From an uncultured delta proteobacterium (lineage in GTDB: Bacteria; Desulfobacterota; RBG-13-43-22), in the NCBI GenBank assembly GCA_963790475.1, contig CAWBOS010000010.1, forward strand, positions 640,001-704,000: 64,000 bases of DNA, in the 5' to 3' direction. How positions within the stretch are numbered: position 1 is the first letter of the stretch; every line of letters begins with the position of its first letter. Shown in pieces: positions 21,899-32,467 of the stretch. The position numbers and the translations under genes are program-made. The notes under the pieces were generated by a model. It was not told the DNA's origin, did no database searches, and saw only the letters and a program-made list of their open reading frames with translations.

Positions 21899-23707
21899 AT
21901 GAAGTTGAACCCGGCAATTTTGTTAATAACGATCGGCTGTTTTATCCCTGGATTTCTCCCAGCCATGACTATTGAGGAGGGGATTGTCGCTCCCGAGCTA
22001 AAAAAAGCCTGGGAATTGACAAAGACGGATCGTCCGGCCGATGCCCTTCGATTTCTTTTAGAAAAGAAACCTGGCTCATCAACCGGCATTTATTACCATT
22101 TTATTTATGGCCGAGCCTTGGAGGCCATGAAAAAACCGGGGGAGGCTCTGGAGCATTATCGGTCGGCTTATTTCGAGGCCCCTTCGGAGGAACTTAAAGA
22201 ATTGACCTTCCTGGAAAGGGCCGAGGCTTATCTTCGAATCCATAATTATTATGAGGCCAAAACGGTCTTCAGTCTCTTTCTAAAAAACTTCAGTAAATCA
22301 AATCAGGTGACCAGGGCCAATTTAGGGTTGGCCCAAAGTTTAACAGGAATGGATTGCTTGACGGAAGCCCTGCAATATTATGAAAAGGCCGGGGAAGGAT
22401 CGGCGGTTATCTTCGCCAAGGCCAATATCCTTCATCGTCTGGGGCGTTTGGAAGAAGCCCATCAATTATATTTGAAAGGGATTGCTGCCGACAAGACTTA
22501 TTTTTTGAGTTTACCGGAGCATATTTTCTATTATGGAGAAAACCTCCAACAAATGGGAAAAGATCAGGAAGCTGTACAGTACCTAACCTCGAAGATGGGA
22601 GACCCCATTTTTGAAAGGAAGGCAGATCTTGTTTTGGGTCGAATGGCCTGTAAGACAAGAAAATTTGATGAAGCCCAAAGGTTATTTTCTTCGGCTCTTT
22701 ACTCCCCGGATCATACAACCAGGCAAGAAGCCCTTTTCTATTTAGCCGAGACCCATTTAGGGGTCGGCAAGAAAACCCAAGCCAGACAGGAATTTCAGGA
22801 GTATTGGTCCAAATATCCGGCTGGAAAGGCCTATGAAGAGGTCTTGCTAAAATTAGGCAAGCTGGATCTGGAAGAGGGGAGGTATGAACAAGCAAACCGT
22901 TGGATCAAGGAATTAAGCTTTCGTTTTCCGGTAAAGGAAAAGACCTTAACGGATCTGGAATGGTTTTTTTTGCAACTAAAGGAAAAGGACCCTATCCGAA
23001 TGGTCTATTTATGGAATTTCATCGGTTATAAGCTCTTAAATATATCCCGGGAGCCTTTTCTTTTGATTATGGCCACTGCCTTGAAAGGAAAAGGAAAGCC
23101 TTATATTGAACTCCAGCAATGGCTGGCCAAAAACGGTTCTGAAAGGGTTAGAAGTCAAAGCGTAATGGCCCTGGTCCAGGTCCAGGTGGACACTGGAAAC
23201 CTGGGGGCGGCTATGGAAGGAATCCGGCTGCTGAAGACCTTAAAAGCCGGCGGGGATGAAATCCTTCGTCTTGAAGCCAGGATCTGCCATGCTAAAATGG
23301 ATTATGGCACGGCTTCGGAACGGCTTCTCTCCTTAAAAAAGATGGAAGCTGGGGATATGGCCCTCTTGCAGGACTCCCTCCTTTCGGCCAGAGATGTCGA
23401 TAAGGCCTTGGCCGTCTTTCAAAAAAACCTCCTTAAGCTGGGGGGAAATTCCCTCGCTTATATAAAACTTGCCGACGTTTTTTATGAAAAAGGGAAAAAG
23501 AAAGAGGCCCTTCAATGGTACCGAAAGGTCCTGGAAAATGATCCCATGAATGAGTGGGCTCTCTATAGGGCAGGCAGCCTGATGGCCGGGGAAGAAGGTC
23601 AGAAACTTTTGGGGAGGATTAAAAGTGAAACTTCCCTCTTGGGAAAATTCGCCCGGGCAGGTTTAAGAGAAATAGAAATCCAAAAAAAGTTAGGAGATTC
23701 TTTGTAA
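21899..23707 (+). CDS. Exported TPR-repeat protein
   Basis: Signal-peptide-like N-terminus and multiple TPR helices. Confidence 0.8.
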   Translation: MKLNPAILLITIGCFIPGFLPAMTIEEGIVAPELKKAWELTKTDRPADALRFLLEKKPGSSTGIYYHFIYGRALEAMKKPGEALEHYRSAYFEAPSEELKELTFLERAEAYLRIHNYYEAKTVFSLFLKNFSKSNQVTRANLGLAQSLTGMDCLTEALQYYEKAGEGSAVIFAKANILHRLGRLEEAHQLYLKGIAADKTYFLSLPEHIFYYGENLQQMGKDQEAVQYLTSKMGDPIFERKADLVLGRMACKTRKFDEAQRLFSSALYSPDHTTRQEALFYLAETHLGVGKKTQARQEFQEYWSKYPAGKAYEEVLLKLGKLDLEEGRYEQANRWIKELSFRFPVKEKTLTDLEWFFLQLKEKDPIRMVYLWNFIGYKLLNISREPFLLIMATALKGKGKPYIELQQWLAKNGSERVRSQSVMALVQVQVDTGNLGAAMEGIRLLKTLKAGGDEILRLEARICHAKMDYGTASERLLSLKKMEAGDMALLQDSLLSARDVDKALAVFQKNLLKLGGNSLAYIKLADVFYEKGKKKEALQWYRKVLENDPMNEWALYRAGSLMAGEEGQKLLGRIKSETSLLGKFARAGLREIEIQKKLGDSL

Positions 23708-24954
23708 TGCTCGAAGCCGGTCATCTCCAACAAGCCTTTTCAAATTTTACGGCGGCTTCCAAGAGTCTGGAAGCTTACTATCAAAAACTTCAGGAGGAGG
23801 TCCATTATTTAACCGGCATCCTGGAGGAGACCAACCAGCAACTTTCCGAGGCCTTAAGTCAGGCCGAAGAGTCCAAGGATTTTTTAAATGGGATCCTGCA
23901 AGGTCTCGAAGAAGCCATTATTGTTTTAGACCCTAAGGAACGGGTGACTATGTTGAACCGGGCCGCGGAAGACCTCCTGGAACACCGGGCCATTGAAATG
24001 ATCGGACGGTCTTTCCACCAGTTGGATATCACCATCCTGGAAGAAGGAACTGATACCCGGTTAGTCACCCAGAACCAAAAAATTCAGATTATTATTTCCC
24101 GTTCTCTCATTCAGGACTCGGAAGGATTGCTGAGAGGATATGTGGTGCTGATTAAAGATATTTCCCTGATCAAGGAATTGGAGATTCAGCGGGAGAGAAA
24201 TAAGCGGCTGATTGCCATGGGAGAAATGGCGGCCAAATTGGTCCATGAGATAAGAAATCCCCTGTGCAGTATCGAACTCTATGCCAGCATGTTGGCTGGA
24301 GACCTGGAGCAGACGGTCCATGCCGAACTGGCCAAAGGGATTTCTCTGGGTATTAAAAGCCTGAATCATGTTTTAACCAATATGCATTATTTTGCCATCC
24401 CTCAAAAGCCATTATTTGCCTGGGTCGATTTTAGGAAAACATTGGAGGAGCTGTTTTTTATGCTCAGACCCTTGACCGAAGCCAAAAGGATTCATTTATG
24501 TAAAAAATTGAACGGGCAGACTAAGCTCTGGGGGGACGGGGAGCTCATCAAACAGGTCCTGTTGAATATCCTGTTGAACGCCACCGAGGCTACCCCGGAA
24601 GAAGGAGCGGTGGAACTTTCTCTCCGCAAAGTGGATAAGGATGAAATGGTCGTTGAGATAAAGGATCGCGGCCCCGGCATCCCTCCTGAATTCATGGAAA
24701 GGATCTTCGATCCATTTTTCAGTCTAAAGGAGAAAGGGTCCGGGTTGGGACTGTCCATCGCCGCCAATATTATGCAGGCCCACAGCGGGACCATCAAAGT
24801 GCATAACGATGGGGAAGGGGGGGCCTGTTTCCAGCTTATATTCCCTTCAGCAGAATCAAAGGAATCAGGACTTAGAAAAAAGAAAATCGAAAAAAATTCT
24901 TATTTAATGACACAGAAAAGGGAGTCGGCCAATGAAGCCTATCCTTGTGGTTGA
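23707..24954 (+). CDS. PAS sensor histidine kinase (FlrB/FlgS-like)
   Basis: HEIRNPL, NILLNA, DRGPG, GSGLGL. Confidence 0.9.
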   Translation: MLEAGHLQQAFSNFTAASKSLEAYYQKLQEEVHYLTGILEETNQQLSEALSQAEESKDFLNGILQGLEEAIIVLDPKERVTMLNRAAEDLLEHRAIEMIGRSFHQLDITILEEGTDTRLVTQNQKIQIIISRSLIQDSEGLLRGYVVLIKDISLIKELEIQRERNKRLIAMGEMAAKLVHEIRNPLCSIELYASMLAGDLEQTVHAELAKGISLGIKSLNHVLTNMHYFAIPQKPLFAWVDFRKTLEELFFMLRPLTEAKRIHLCKKLNGQTKLWGDGELIKQVLLNILLNATEATPEEGAVELSLRKVDKDEMVVEIKDRGPGIPPEFMERIFDPFFSLKEKGSGLGLSIAANIMQAHSGTIKVHNDGEGGACFQLIFPSAESKESGLRKKKIEKNSYLMTQKRESANEAYPCG

Positions 24955-26269
24955 TGATGACCTCCAGATGAGAACGGCTCTGAAAGAAGCCATCTCCAGG
25001 ATCGGTTTTGAAGCGGTCCTGGCCGGGGATGGGCAGGATGCCCTGCAAAAAATGAATCATTCCTCATTTTCCATGATTGTCACCGATATGAAAATGCCCA
25101 AGCTGGATGGCCTGTCTCTGTTAAAGGAAATTCGGCGAAAGATGGGCCATATCCCGATCCTGGTTATAACCGGCTTCGGAACCATTCAAGATGCCGTGGA
25201 GGTGATGAAGGAAGGGGCTTCGGATTATCTCCTAAAGCCCTTCTCTTTTGAAGCCCTGATGACCAAGATACGGATTCTAATGGAGCGGATTCATCAGGAG
25301 AGGGGACTGATTACTGAAAATCAAAAAATGTTGCAACTCTTGAAAATAGCCGAAGAAGTCGCCCCCAGCGACACCTCCGTTCTGATTTATGGGGAAAGCG
25401 GAACCGGAAAGGAGCTTCTGGCCGGGATCATCCATAAAAAAAGTCGTCGAAACAGAAAGCCTTTGGTGGCCATCAATTGTGCGGCCATCCCTGACAGCCT
25501 GATGGAATCCGAATTGTTCGGTCATGAAAAGGGGGCCTTCACCGGGGCAACCGAGAAAAAGATAGGGAAATTCGAGTTCGCCAACCAGGGTACCATCCTC
25601 CTGGACGAGATCGGGGAAATGTCCCTTAATCTTCAGGCCAAGCTGTTACGGGTTTTGCAAGAAAGGGAAATAAATCGAGTGGGAGGAAATCAGGCCATTC
25701 CTATTGATATCCGGGTCATCGCCACCACCAACCGGGATTTATATAAAGAATCCCTGGAAGGTAAATTTAGAGAAGACCTTTTTTACCGGCTCAATGTCTT
25801 TCCTCTCCATATTCCTCCGTTACGCGAAAGACCCGAAGATATCTCTTCGTTGTCGCATCATTTTCTAAAAGAATTTTCCGGGTTGCTCGGCAAAAATATC
25901 CAGGGATTCACTCCGGCAGCCATGGATTTTCTGATGGACAGGTCATGGAGAGGGAATATCAGGGAACTTCAAAATACCATCCTCCGGTCGGTTCACCTCA
26001 GCCGGGGAGATCTGATCGATAGTAAGGATTTTATGATCGAAGAAAAGTCTTCTCCCGCTTTATCTTCTCCTGGAAAGATCAGGGAGTTGGAAAAAGATAT
26101 GATCTTAAAGACACTGAAAGAGGTCAATGGGAACAAGACCCAAGCGGCCAGGATTCTGGGGGTCAGTGTCCGGACCATCAGGAATAAACTCCATGAGTAC
26201 GGAAATTTTTTTCCCATCCCTCAATTGGAAAAACCCCAAGGGGCTCCGGGAGATCATCAAAGTCAGTAA
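24932..26269 (+). CDS. Sigma54-dependent response regulator (FlrC/FlgR-like)
   Basis: REC domain, GESGTGKE, GAFTGA, HTH SVRTIRNKL. Confidence 0.9.
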   Translation: MKPILVVDDDLQMRTALKEAISRIGFEAVLAGDGQDALQKMNHSSFSMIVTDMKMPKLDGLSLLKEIRRKMGHIPILVITGFGTIQDAVEVMKEGASDYLLKPFSFEALMTKIRILMERIHQERGLITENQKMLQLLKIAEEVAPSDTSVLIYGESGTGKELLAGIIHKKSRRNRKPLVAINCAAIPDSLMESELFGHEKGAFTGATEKKIGKFEFANQGTILLDEIGEMSLNLQAKLLRVLQEREINRVGGNQAIPIDIRVIATTNRDLYKESLEGKFREDLFYRLNVFPLHIPPLRERPEDISSLSHHFLKEFSGLLGKNIQGFTPAAMDFLMDRSWRGNIRELQNTILRSVHLSRGDLIDSKDFMIEEKSSPALSSPGKIRELEKDMILKTLKEVNGNKTQAARILGVSVRTIRNKLHEYGNFFPIPQLEKPQGAPGDHQSQ

Positions 26270-26277
26270 TTCTTGAT

Positions 26278-26293
26278 TGGCATGATATTTGTA
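26278..26293 (+). promoter_or_regulatory. Sigma54-like promoter of flgB (non-canonical -12)
   Basis: TGGCATGATATTTGTA (GG-N10-GT). Confidence 0.6.
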
Positions 26294-26319
26294 AATAAAT
26301 TTATCTTTGAGGAAGCAAA

Positions 26320-26691
26320 ATGGATAAAGGGATTCAGCTTTTAGAGGAAATAATAAAGACCAGCGCCTTCCGTCATAAAGTGTTGGCCTCCAATATTGCC
26401 AATGTCGATACCCCGGGCTACAAGGCCAAAGATGTTCCTTTTAAAGAGGAAATGAACAATCAAGTCATCGGTATGATCAAGACCAGTCCCGATCATATCC
26501 AAGGAACGAAAATCCCGCAAGAAACGAGGGGGATGATTCCTGTAGAACGAACTTCCTGGGAGGATGGAAACAATGTGGCCTTGGATATGGAATTGGCCAA
26601 AATGACTGAAAATGCACTTTTGTATGAGGCCGGGGTCAGACTCTTGTCCAAGAAATTGATGATCTATAAAAATGCCATTAAAGGGAGATAA
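26320..26691 (+). CDS. flgB: Basal-body rod protein FlgB
   Basis: ASNIANVDTPGYKAKD, DGNNV. Confidence 0.95.
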   Translation: MDKGIQLLEEIIKTSAFRHKVLASNIANVDTPGYKAKDVPFKEEMNNQVIGMIKTSPDHIQGTKIPQETRGMIPVERTSWEDGNNVALDMELAKMTENALLYEAGVRLLSKKLMIYKNAIKGR

Positions 26692-26693
26692 TT

Positions 26694-27107
26694 ATGGATT
26701 CTTTCGCCATTTTTAAGGTCAGTGCCTCGGCCCTGGATGCCCAAAGGGGCCGAATGAACACCATTGCTTCCAATATGGCTAATATTCATTCCACCCAGAC
26801 CGAGTCCGGAGGACCCTATAAAAAGAAAGAGGTGGTTTTTTCGACTCTTCCGATGGATTCGGACCAGTCTTCCGCCCTGGAAGGCGTGAAACTCGTACAA
26901 GTAGTCGACAGTCAGGAGCCTTTTAAAAAAATATTCGATCCAGGCCATCCTGATGCGGATAAAGACGGTTTTGTCAGTTTACCGAACATCAATATCATGG
27001 AAGAGATGGTCAACATGATGATGGCGGTCAAGGCCTATGAAGCTAATGTGACCACTTTCAATATGTCCAAGACTATGTTTCTTAAGGCCTTAGAAATAGG
27101 GAGGTAG
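26694..27107 (+). CDS. flgC: Basal-body rod protein FlgC
   Basis: NMAN, DPGHPDAD, YEAN. Confidence 0.96.
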   Translation: MDSFAIFKVSASALDAQRGRMNTIASNMANIHSTQTESGGPYKKKEVVFSTLPMDSDQSSALEGVKLVQVVDSQEPFKKIFDPGHPDADKDGFVSLPNINIMEEMVNMMMAVKAYEANVTTFNMSKTMFLKALEIGR

Positions 27108-27109
27108 AT

Positions 27110-27400
27110 ATGACTGAAATTAAGGGTATCGAATCGGTTACCTCTGCCAAGTCCATACAGGGAAAAGCCGCTCCGAAAGACTCGGGGGAAAATTTTGAAA
27201 TCCTCTTGAAAGAAGCGGTGAGCAAAGTGAATACCGTACAAAATGAAGCGGAAAAAGCGATCCAGGAATTGGCTGGGGGAGGGGACATCTCCACTGCCGT
27301 TATTGCCATGGAAAAGGCCGATCTTTCTTTCCAGGTCATGATTGAAGTCCGGAATAAGCTGATCAGTGCTTATGAAGAGATCATGCGGTTACAGGTTTAA
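27110..27400 (+). CDS. fliE: Hook-basal body protein FliE
   Basis: EVRNKLISAYEEIMRLQV. Confidence 0.95.
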   Translation: MTEIKGIESVTSAKSIQGKAAPKDSGENFEILLKEAVSKVNTVQNEAEKAIQELAGGGDISTAVIAMEKADLSFQVMIEVRNKLISAYEEIMRLQV

Positions 27401-27564
27401 GAAAGAGGATCGAGGATGACATCACCAGTTTTGAGTTGGGAGTTCAAATTAAAACCAATTACTCCTAACTAAGGACTCCAGATTAAAAATCCGGCCCAAC
27501 CAAGGAATGCCCATCAAGGGGAACGTGAACGTTAAAAAAGAAAGTTGAAAAAAAAGGAAACACT

Positions 27565-29103
27565 GTGGCAGATTTAATCGAAATAATAAAAAATTGGCCG
27601 ATTAAAAAGAAAGTATCCCTTCTGGTCCTGACCGGGGTCTCTCTGGCCAGCTTGATTTTCCTCTTCTCCTGGTCGCAAAAAACTAATTACCAGATCTTAT
27701 ACACTAACATCAGCGAAGGGGATTCCGGGTTGATTATGCAAAAACTCAAGGAGTTAAAAGTCCCCTACAAAGTGGAAGGGGGGGGGATCCTTGTCCCCTC
27801 CGAAAAGGTGTACGAACTGAGACTTCAATTGGCCGCTCAGGGTTTACCGCAAGGTGGGGGGATTGGCTTTGAAATTTTTGATAAAACCAATTTTGGGGCT
27901 TCAGATTTTGTTCAAAAGTTAAATTATCGCCGGGCCTTACAAGGGGAACTTTCCCGGACCATTCAATCCCTTTCGGAGATCGAAAACTGCAGAGTCCATC
28001 TGGCTGTCCCTGAAAAAAACATATTTATGGAGAAGGAATCCAAGCCCAGCGCCTCGGTGATGATAAAATTGAAACCCGGAAGAAACCTGTCGCAGAACCA
28101 GGTTCAGGGGGTTGTCCATCTCATATCGAGCAGTGTTGAAGGGTTAAGCCCTCAGGATGTAACCGTTATTGATCACCGGGGAGAGATGTTGACCCGTTCG
28201 GCCCAGGAAGGGGCTGGTCAATTGAATAATGACCAGCTGGAACTGCAGCGCAGTTATGAAAAGGAGATCGAGAACCGAGTGGTCAATATCCTGGAACCGA
28301 TTGCCGGCAAGGAGAAGGTCAGGGCCAAGGCTTCAGCCACACTCGATTTTACCCGGACGGAGAAAACCGAAGAGAAATTTGACCCCAATGGGCAGGTGGT
28401 TCGAAGTGAACAAAAGAATCAGGAGAAATCCGTATCCGGATTGACCGGGGGGGTTCCGGGAACCACATCCAATCTTCCCAACAAAAAGCCCCCCTTGATG
28501 ACATCATCATCGGGGAACACCCAAAAACTCAGCGAAGTGACTAATTATGAGGTCAGTAAAGTCGTCAGTAGGGTCACAGGCCCATCCCAGGAACTGAAGA
28601 GAATTTCCGTAGCCGTCGTGGTGGATGGGACTTACTCGGCTGCCCAGGGAGGAAAAGCTAAAAAATATACCGCGCGAACCGAAGAAGAGATGAAATACTA
28701 TGAAGATCTGGTTAAAAAGGCGGTGGGATTTTCTTTAGACCGGGGGGATGAGGTCCGGGTAGTCAATATGCCTTTTGATACCGGCCCCCAGGAAGAGTTC
28801 CCTGAAACCAAAAGGGATTATTGGCCTCTTCTTCTTTCCACAGCCCGATATGTCGGGCCTTTATTGGCCTTCCTATTGATATTCCTGTTTATTTTGAAAC
28901 CTCTGACCCGGGAGCTGCTTTCTTCGCCTATGGGTTCTTCCAAGATTCCCGGTTTGGCCCTTCCTCAAACCGTGGCCAATATTGAGAAGAGGATCGACTC
29001 CCCTCAACGCAAAGCCATAACCATGGAAGAAGATGTCCGGGTGTGGGCCAAGAAAAACCCCGATCAAGCCGCCCATCTCATCAAAGGTTGGGCCGAGGAG
29101 TAA
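27565..29103 (+). CDS. fliF: MS-ring protein FliF
   Basis: GFEIFD, RALQGELSRTI, RGD; two TM helices; GTG start. Confidence 0.95.
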   Translation: MADLIEIIKNWPIKKKVSLLVLTGVSLASLIFLFSWSQKTNYQILYTNISEGDSGLIMQKLKELKVPYKVEGGGILVPSEKVYELRLQLAAQGLPQGGGIGFEIFDKTNFGASDFVQKLNYRRALQGELSRTIQSLSEIENCRVHLAVPEKNIFMEKESKPSASVMIKLKPGRNLSQNQVQGVVHLISSSVEGLSPQDVTVIDHRGEMLTRSAQEGAGQLNNDQLELQRSYEKEIENRVVNILEPIAGKEKVRAKASATLDFTRTEKTEEKFDPNGQVVRSEQKNQEKSVSGLTGGVPGTTSNLPNKKPPLMTSSSGNTQKLSEVTNYEVSKVVSRVTGPSQELKRISVAVVVDGTYSAAQGGKAKKYTARTEEEMKYYEDLVKKAVGFSLDRGDEVRVVNMPFDTGPQEEFPETKRDYWPLLLSTARYVGPLLAFLLIFLFILKPLTRELLSSPMGSSKIPGLALPQTVANIEKRIDSPQRKAITMEEDVRVWAKKNPDQAAHLIKGWAEE

Positions 29104-29106
29104 TCC

Positions 29107-30090
29107 ATGCCTTATCGCGGGATAGAAAAAGCGGCCATTTTTTTGATTTCGGTTGGCGAAGAAGCCGCTTCCGAAATCATGAAAAATCTGGATATGCATC
29201 AGGTGGGGATGATCACCTCCTACATGAACCGGTTAAAGTCGGTGAAAAAAAAGGACCTGGATGAAATAATCAGTGAAGTAAACGGAAGAATACACAGCGG
29301 GGATGTTCATGTCACCGGCGAGGATTATGTTAAAAAAATTCTAAAGAAAGGGTTGGGTGATGAGAATGCCGGCAAGATATTGGAAACGGCTGCCCAAGAG
29401 AATTCCTTGGAGAGCCTGAAATGGGTGGACCCTAAAACACTTTCTAATTTTTTGACCAGCGAACACCCCCAGACAGTGGCTTTGATCCTTTCTTTGTTGG
29501 AGGCCTCTCAGGCCGCAGAAGTCCTGGGCCTCCTCCCGGAAAAAATAAAAGACGATGTGGCTAAAAGAATCGCCGTTACCGAACAAATTCCCGAGAGTAT
29601 CTTAATTGAGCTGGAGGAGGTATTAAGAGGTCAACTGGATGTGAATAAGGGCAAAGGTCGGAAGGTAGGGGGCGTCAAAGCGGTCGCTGAAATTTTAAAC
29701 CACAGTGACCGATCGACCGAACAGGCCATTTTGGAAAAAATTGAGAAGGAAAATCCCAACCTCGCGGACTCCATCAGGAAGTTCATGTTTGTTTTTGACG
29801 ATCTGATTCAGGTTGACGATAAAGGAATTCAAGCGATCCTCAAAGAGATTCGGACCGAGGATCTCTCCCTGGCCTTAAAAACAGCTTCCAACACCCTCAA
29901 AGAAAAGATATTCAAAAACATGTCTCAGCGGGCTGCCCAGATCCTCAAGGAAGAGATGGAATTGAAGGGGCCGGTCAAAGTATCCGAAGTGGAGAAGGCC
30001 CAACAGAACATAGTCAAGATTTCCCGAAAGCTGGAAATGGAAGGAAGGATCGTCATCGCCGGACGGGGGGGGGATGAACTGATTGTTTAG
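29107..30090 (+). CDS. fliG: Motor switch protein FliG
   Basis: EHPQ, MFVFDD, NMSQRAA. Confidence 0.96.
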   Translation: MPYRGIEKAAIFLISVGEEAASEIMKNLDMHQVGMITSYMNRLKSVKKKDLDEIISEVNGRIHSGDVHVTGEDYVKKILKKGLGDENAGKILETAAQENSLESLKWVDPKTLSNFLTSEHPQTVALILSLLEASQAAEVLGLLPEKIKDDVAKRIAVTEQIPESILIELEEVLRGQLDVNKGKGRKVGGVKAVAEILNHSDRSTEQAILEKIEKENPNLADSIRKFMFVFDDLIQVDDKGIQAILKEIRTEDLSLALKTASNTLKEKIFKNMSQRAAQILKEEMELKGPVKVSEVEKAQQNIVKISRKLEMEGRIVIAGRGGDELIV

Positions 30091-30697
30091 GAATAAATTA
30101 ATTAAAAATTACCCAGTTGTTTCCTATTCCATGCCGACTTTGGAGGGTTTTCCCTTGTTAGGCGAGGCAGAGACATTAGCGGATAAGGTCGATCCAGAAG
30201 CCGTAGAGCGGGAGGCCTTTGCGAAGGGATTCGCCTCCGGAGAAAAAGCCGGGTACGAAATGGGAGAACAAAAGGCAGCGGTTTTTTTAGATCAACTGGA
30301 AAAATTATTTAAAGAGATTTATGCGTTAAAAGAAAGAAGGTTGTTGGAACTCGAGCCCCAAATGGTCTTACTTTCCATTGCCATGGCCCGGAGAATCCTA
30401 AAAAAAGAATTACAGACTACCCCTGAGATCGTTGAGCTAATGGTCAAAGAGGCTGTAAAACAAATTAGGCCAATCGGTCCCATAACAATTAAATTGAATC
30501 CTTCTCTCTATGACCGATTGGAAAAGAAAAAAATGGAATTTCAGGAAATCTTTCCGGATCTCATTTTTGAACTGGATAATGAAGCACCCCAAGGCGGGGC
30601 TGTGGTCCGCAGCCTTTCCCTGGAAATACAAACCGATCTTGATTTTCAACTTTCCAATATTGTTGAAGATCTTCGTGCGCACCTGGAAGATGTCTGA
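30083..30697 (+). CDS. fliH: Export apparatus protein FliH
   Basis: AxxxGxxxG repeats; lies between fliG and fliI. Confidence 0.85.
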   Translation: MFRNKLIKNYPVVSYSMPTLEGFPLLGEAETLADKVDPEAVEREAFAKGFASGEKAGYEMGEQKAAVFLDQLEKLFKEIYALKERRLLELEPQMVLLSIAMARRILKKELQTTPEIVELMVKEAVKQIRPIGPITIKLNPSLYDRLEKKKMEFQEIFPDLIFELDNEAPQGGAVVRSLSLEIQTDLDFQLSNIVEDLRAHLEDV

Positions 30698-32018
30698 TCT
30701 AACCCCTTATCTTCAAACGGTCCAGAAAATCGAACCATTTCGGGTCTTTGGTTTGTTGAAAGAAATAACCGGGATCCTAATCAAGGCTCAGGGTTTAAAG
30801 GTCAGTGTCGGCGAGGCCTGCAAAATTTATGGTGATCATGCGACACCGATGGAAGCGGAAGTCGTCGGTTTTCAAGATGGGAAGACCTTGCTGATGGCTT
30901 CCAGTGAACTCACCGGGCTAAGACCAGGGACACGAATTTTCCCTGCTGGAAAAAAGACCTCGATCCGGGTTGGGAACGACCTGATTGGCAGAATCGTTAA
31001 TAACCATGGAGAACCGATAGATGGTAAGGGACCGATCAGGGGTAGGCGGTTTCCTTTGTTTTCTTCGGCACCTCCTCCCTTGCAAAGACAAAGGATCAGC
31101 GAACCCATGGACCTGGGTATTCGGGCTATCAATGGCTTGCTGACCTGTGGCAAAGGTCAACGGATGGGGATTATGGCCGGAAGTGGTGTGGGTAAAAGCG
31201 TTTTAATGGGTATGATTGCCAAGTACACCGAAGCCGATCTCAATGTCATTGCCTTGATAGGAGAAAGAGGAAGAGAGGTTCGGGAATTCATTGAAAAAGA
31301 TCTTGGGGAAAAAGGGCTGGAGCGGTCGATTGTCGTTATTTCCACCTCCGAACAGTCGCCTCTGGCCAAAGTGCGGGCCGCCTTTACTGCTACGGCGATT
31401 GCCGAATATTTCAGAGAACAAGGGAAAAATGTCCTGTTGCTCATGGATTCCTTGACCCGGATCGCCATGGCCCAGCGGGAGATCGGTCTGGCTATTGGTG
31501 AACCCCCAACGGCTAAAGGATATACCCCCTCTGTTTTTGCCCTTCTGCCAAAACTTCTGGAAAGGGTCGGTAATGACGGCGGCAAAGGAAGTATTACCGG
31601 TTTATATACCGTCCTCGTGGAGGGGGATGATCTCACCGAACCGGTTACGGATGCAGCCCGGGCCATATTGGATGGTCACATTGTCCTATCCAGAGAGCTG
31701 GCTATGGAGAACCACTATCCAGCCATTGATATCCTTAATTCCATCAGCCGACTTATGCCCGATATCGTGGATACCCGGCAAAAAGAGTATGCCGGAAAAT
31801 TTGTGGAAACCCTGGCCCGTTATAAAAAACTGGAAGATATGATTAATCTGGGAATGTACAAGGAAGGATCGAACCCTCAGGTCGATTATTCAATACAGAT
31901 GATTGAAAAACTTAAGTCCTATCTGCGTCAAGGGATGGATGAAAAAAGGGATTTTTCCGACGGCCTTCAAGGGCTCTATTGCTTATTCGACAAATCTGAG
32001 TCCAACCAGACGGTTTGA
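30690..32018 (+). CDS. fliI: Flagellar export ATPase FliI
   Basis: GSGVGKS, IGERGREV, DSLTR; start reassigned to ATG 30690. Confidence 0.95.
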   Translation: MSDLTPYLQTVQKIEPFRVFGLLKEITGILIKAQGLKVSVGEACKIYGDHATPMEAEVVGFQDGKTLLMASSELTGLRPGTRIFPAGKKTSIRVGNDLIGRIVNNHGEPIDGKGPIRGRRFPLFSSAPPPLQRQRISEPMDLGIRAINGLLTCGKGQRMGIMAGSGVGKSVLMGMIAKYTEADLNVIALIGERGREVREFIEKDLGEKGLERSIVVISTSEQSPLAKVRAAFTATAIAEYFREQGKNVLLLMDSLTRIAMAQREIGLAIGEPPTAKGYTPSVFALLPKLLERVGNDGGKGSITGLYTVLVEGDDLTEPVTDAARAILDGHIVLSRELAMENHYPAIDILNSISRLMPDIVDTRQKEYAGKFVETLARYKKLEDMINLGMYKEGSNPQVDYSIQMIEKLKSYLRQGMDEKRDFSDGLQGLYCLFDKSESNQTV

Positions 32019-32020
32019 AG

Positions 32021-32467
32021 ATGACCCCGCGGATAAAAACGGTTTCCAAAATTGCCCGGATATTCGATCATCAAAAGGAAATCATTGAACTGCAGGTCAG
32101 TGAAATTATGCACCGCCAAACCCTGGAGAAGGAAAGACTGGCCGTTCTTGAGATGGAGCTTCACGATAACGTTGATCGCTTTGATGAAAGCCTTAACGAT
32201 CGAATTATCATGAACAGCGAAAAGGTGGCTTTTCTGTTCGGGATGGCTTCGACTATTTCAAATAAGATAGACCAGAAGAAAAAAGAAATAGACCAGATTG
32301 AAAAAGAGCTAACGGCCCTGCGAGCGATATTTTGGGAGGCTTATAAAAAAAAGAAAGCCATCGAAATCTTTGAAAACAAAATCCTGGCTCAGGAAAGAAA
32401 AACGGAATCGGTTTTGGAACAAAAAAATATGGACTATTTGAATCTTTCGAGCAGGTCAAGACAATGA
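32021..32467 (+). CDS. fliJ: Export chaperone FliJ
   Basis: Coiled coil after fliI with an EQKNMD C-terminal motif. Confidence 0.75.
   Translation: MTPRIKTVSKIARIFDHQKEIIELQVSEIMHRQTLEKERLAVLEMELHDNVDRFDESLNDRIIMNSEKVAFLFGMASTISNKIDQKKKEIDQIEKELTALRAIFWEAYKKKKAIEIFENKILAQERKTESVLEQKNMDYLNLSSRSRQ

Noticed and set aside
27434-27470. Hairpin AGTTGGGAGT / ACTCCTAACT between fliE and fliF
   Set aside because: Single imperfect stem without a U tract; no function can be supported
30065-30073. G9 tract in fliG as a phase-variation site
   Set aside because: In frame, encodes a Gly-rich tail and affects only the last few codons
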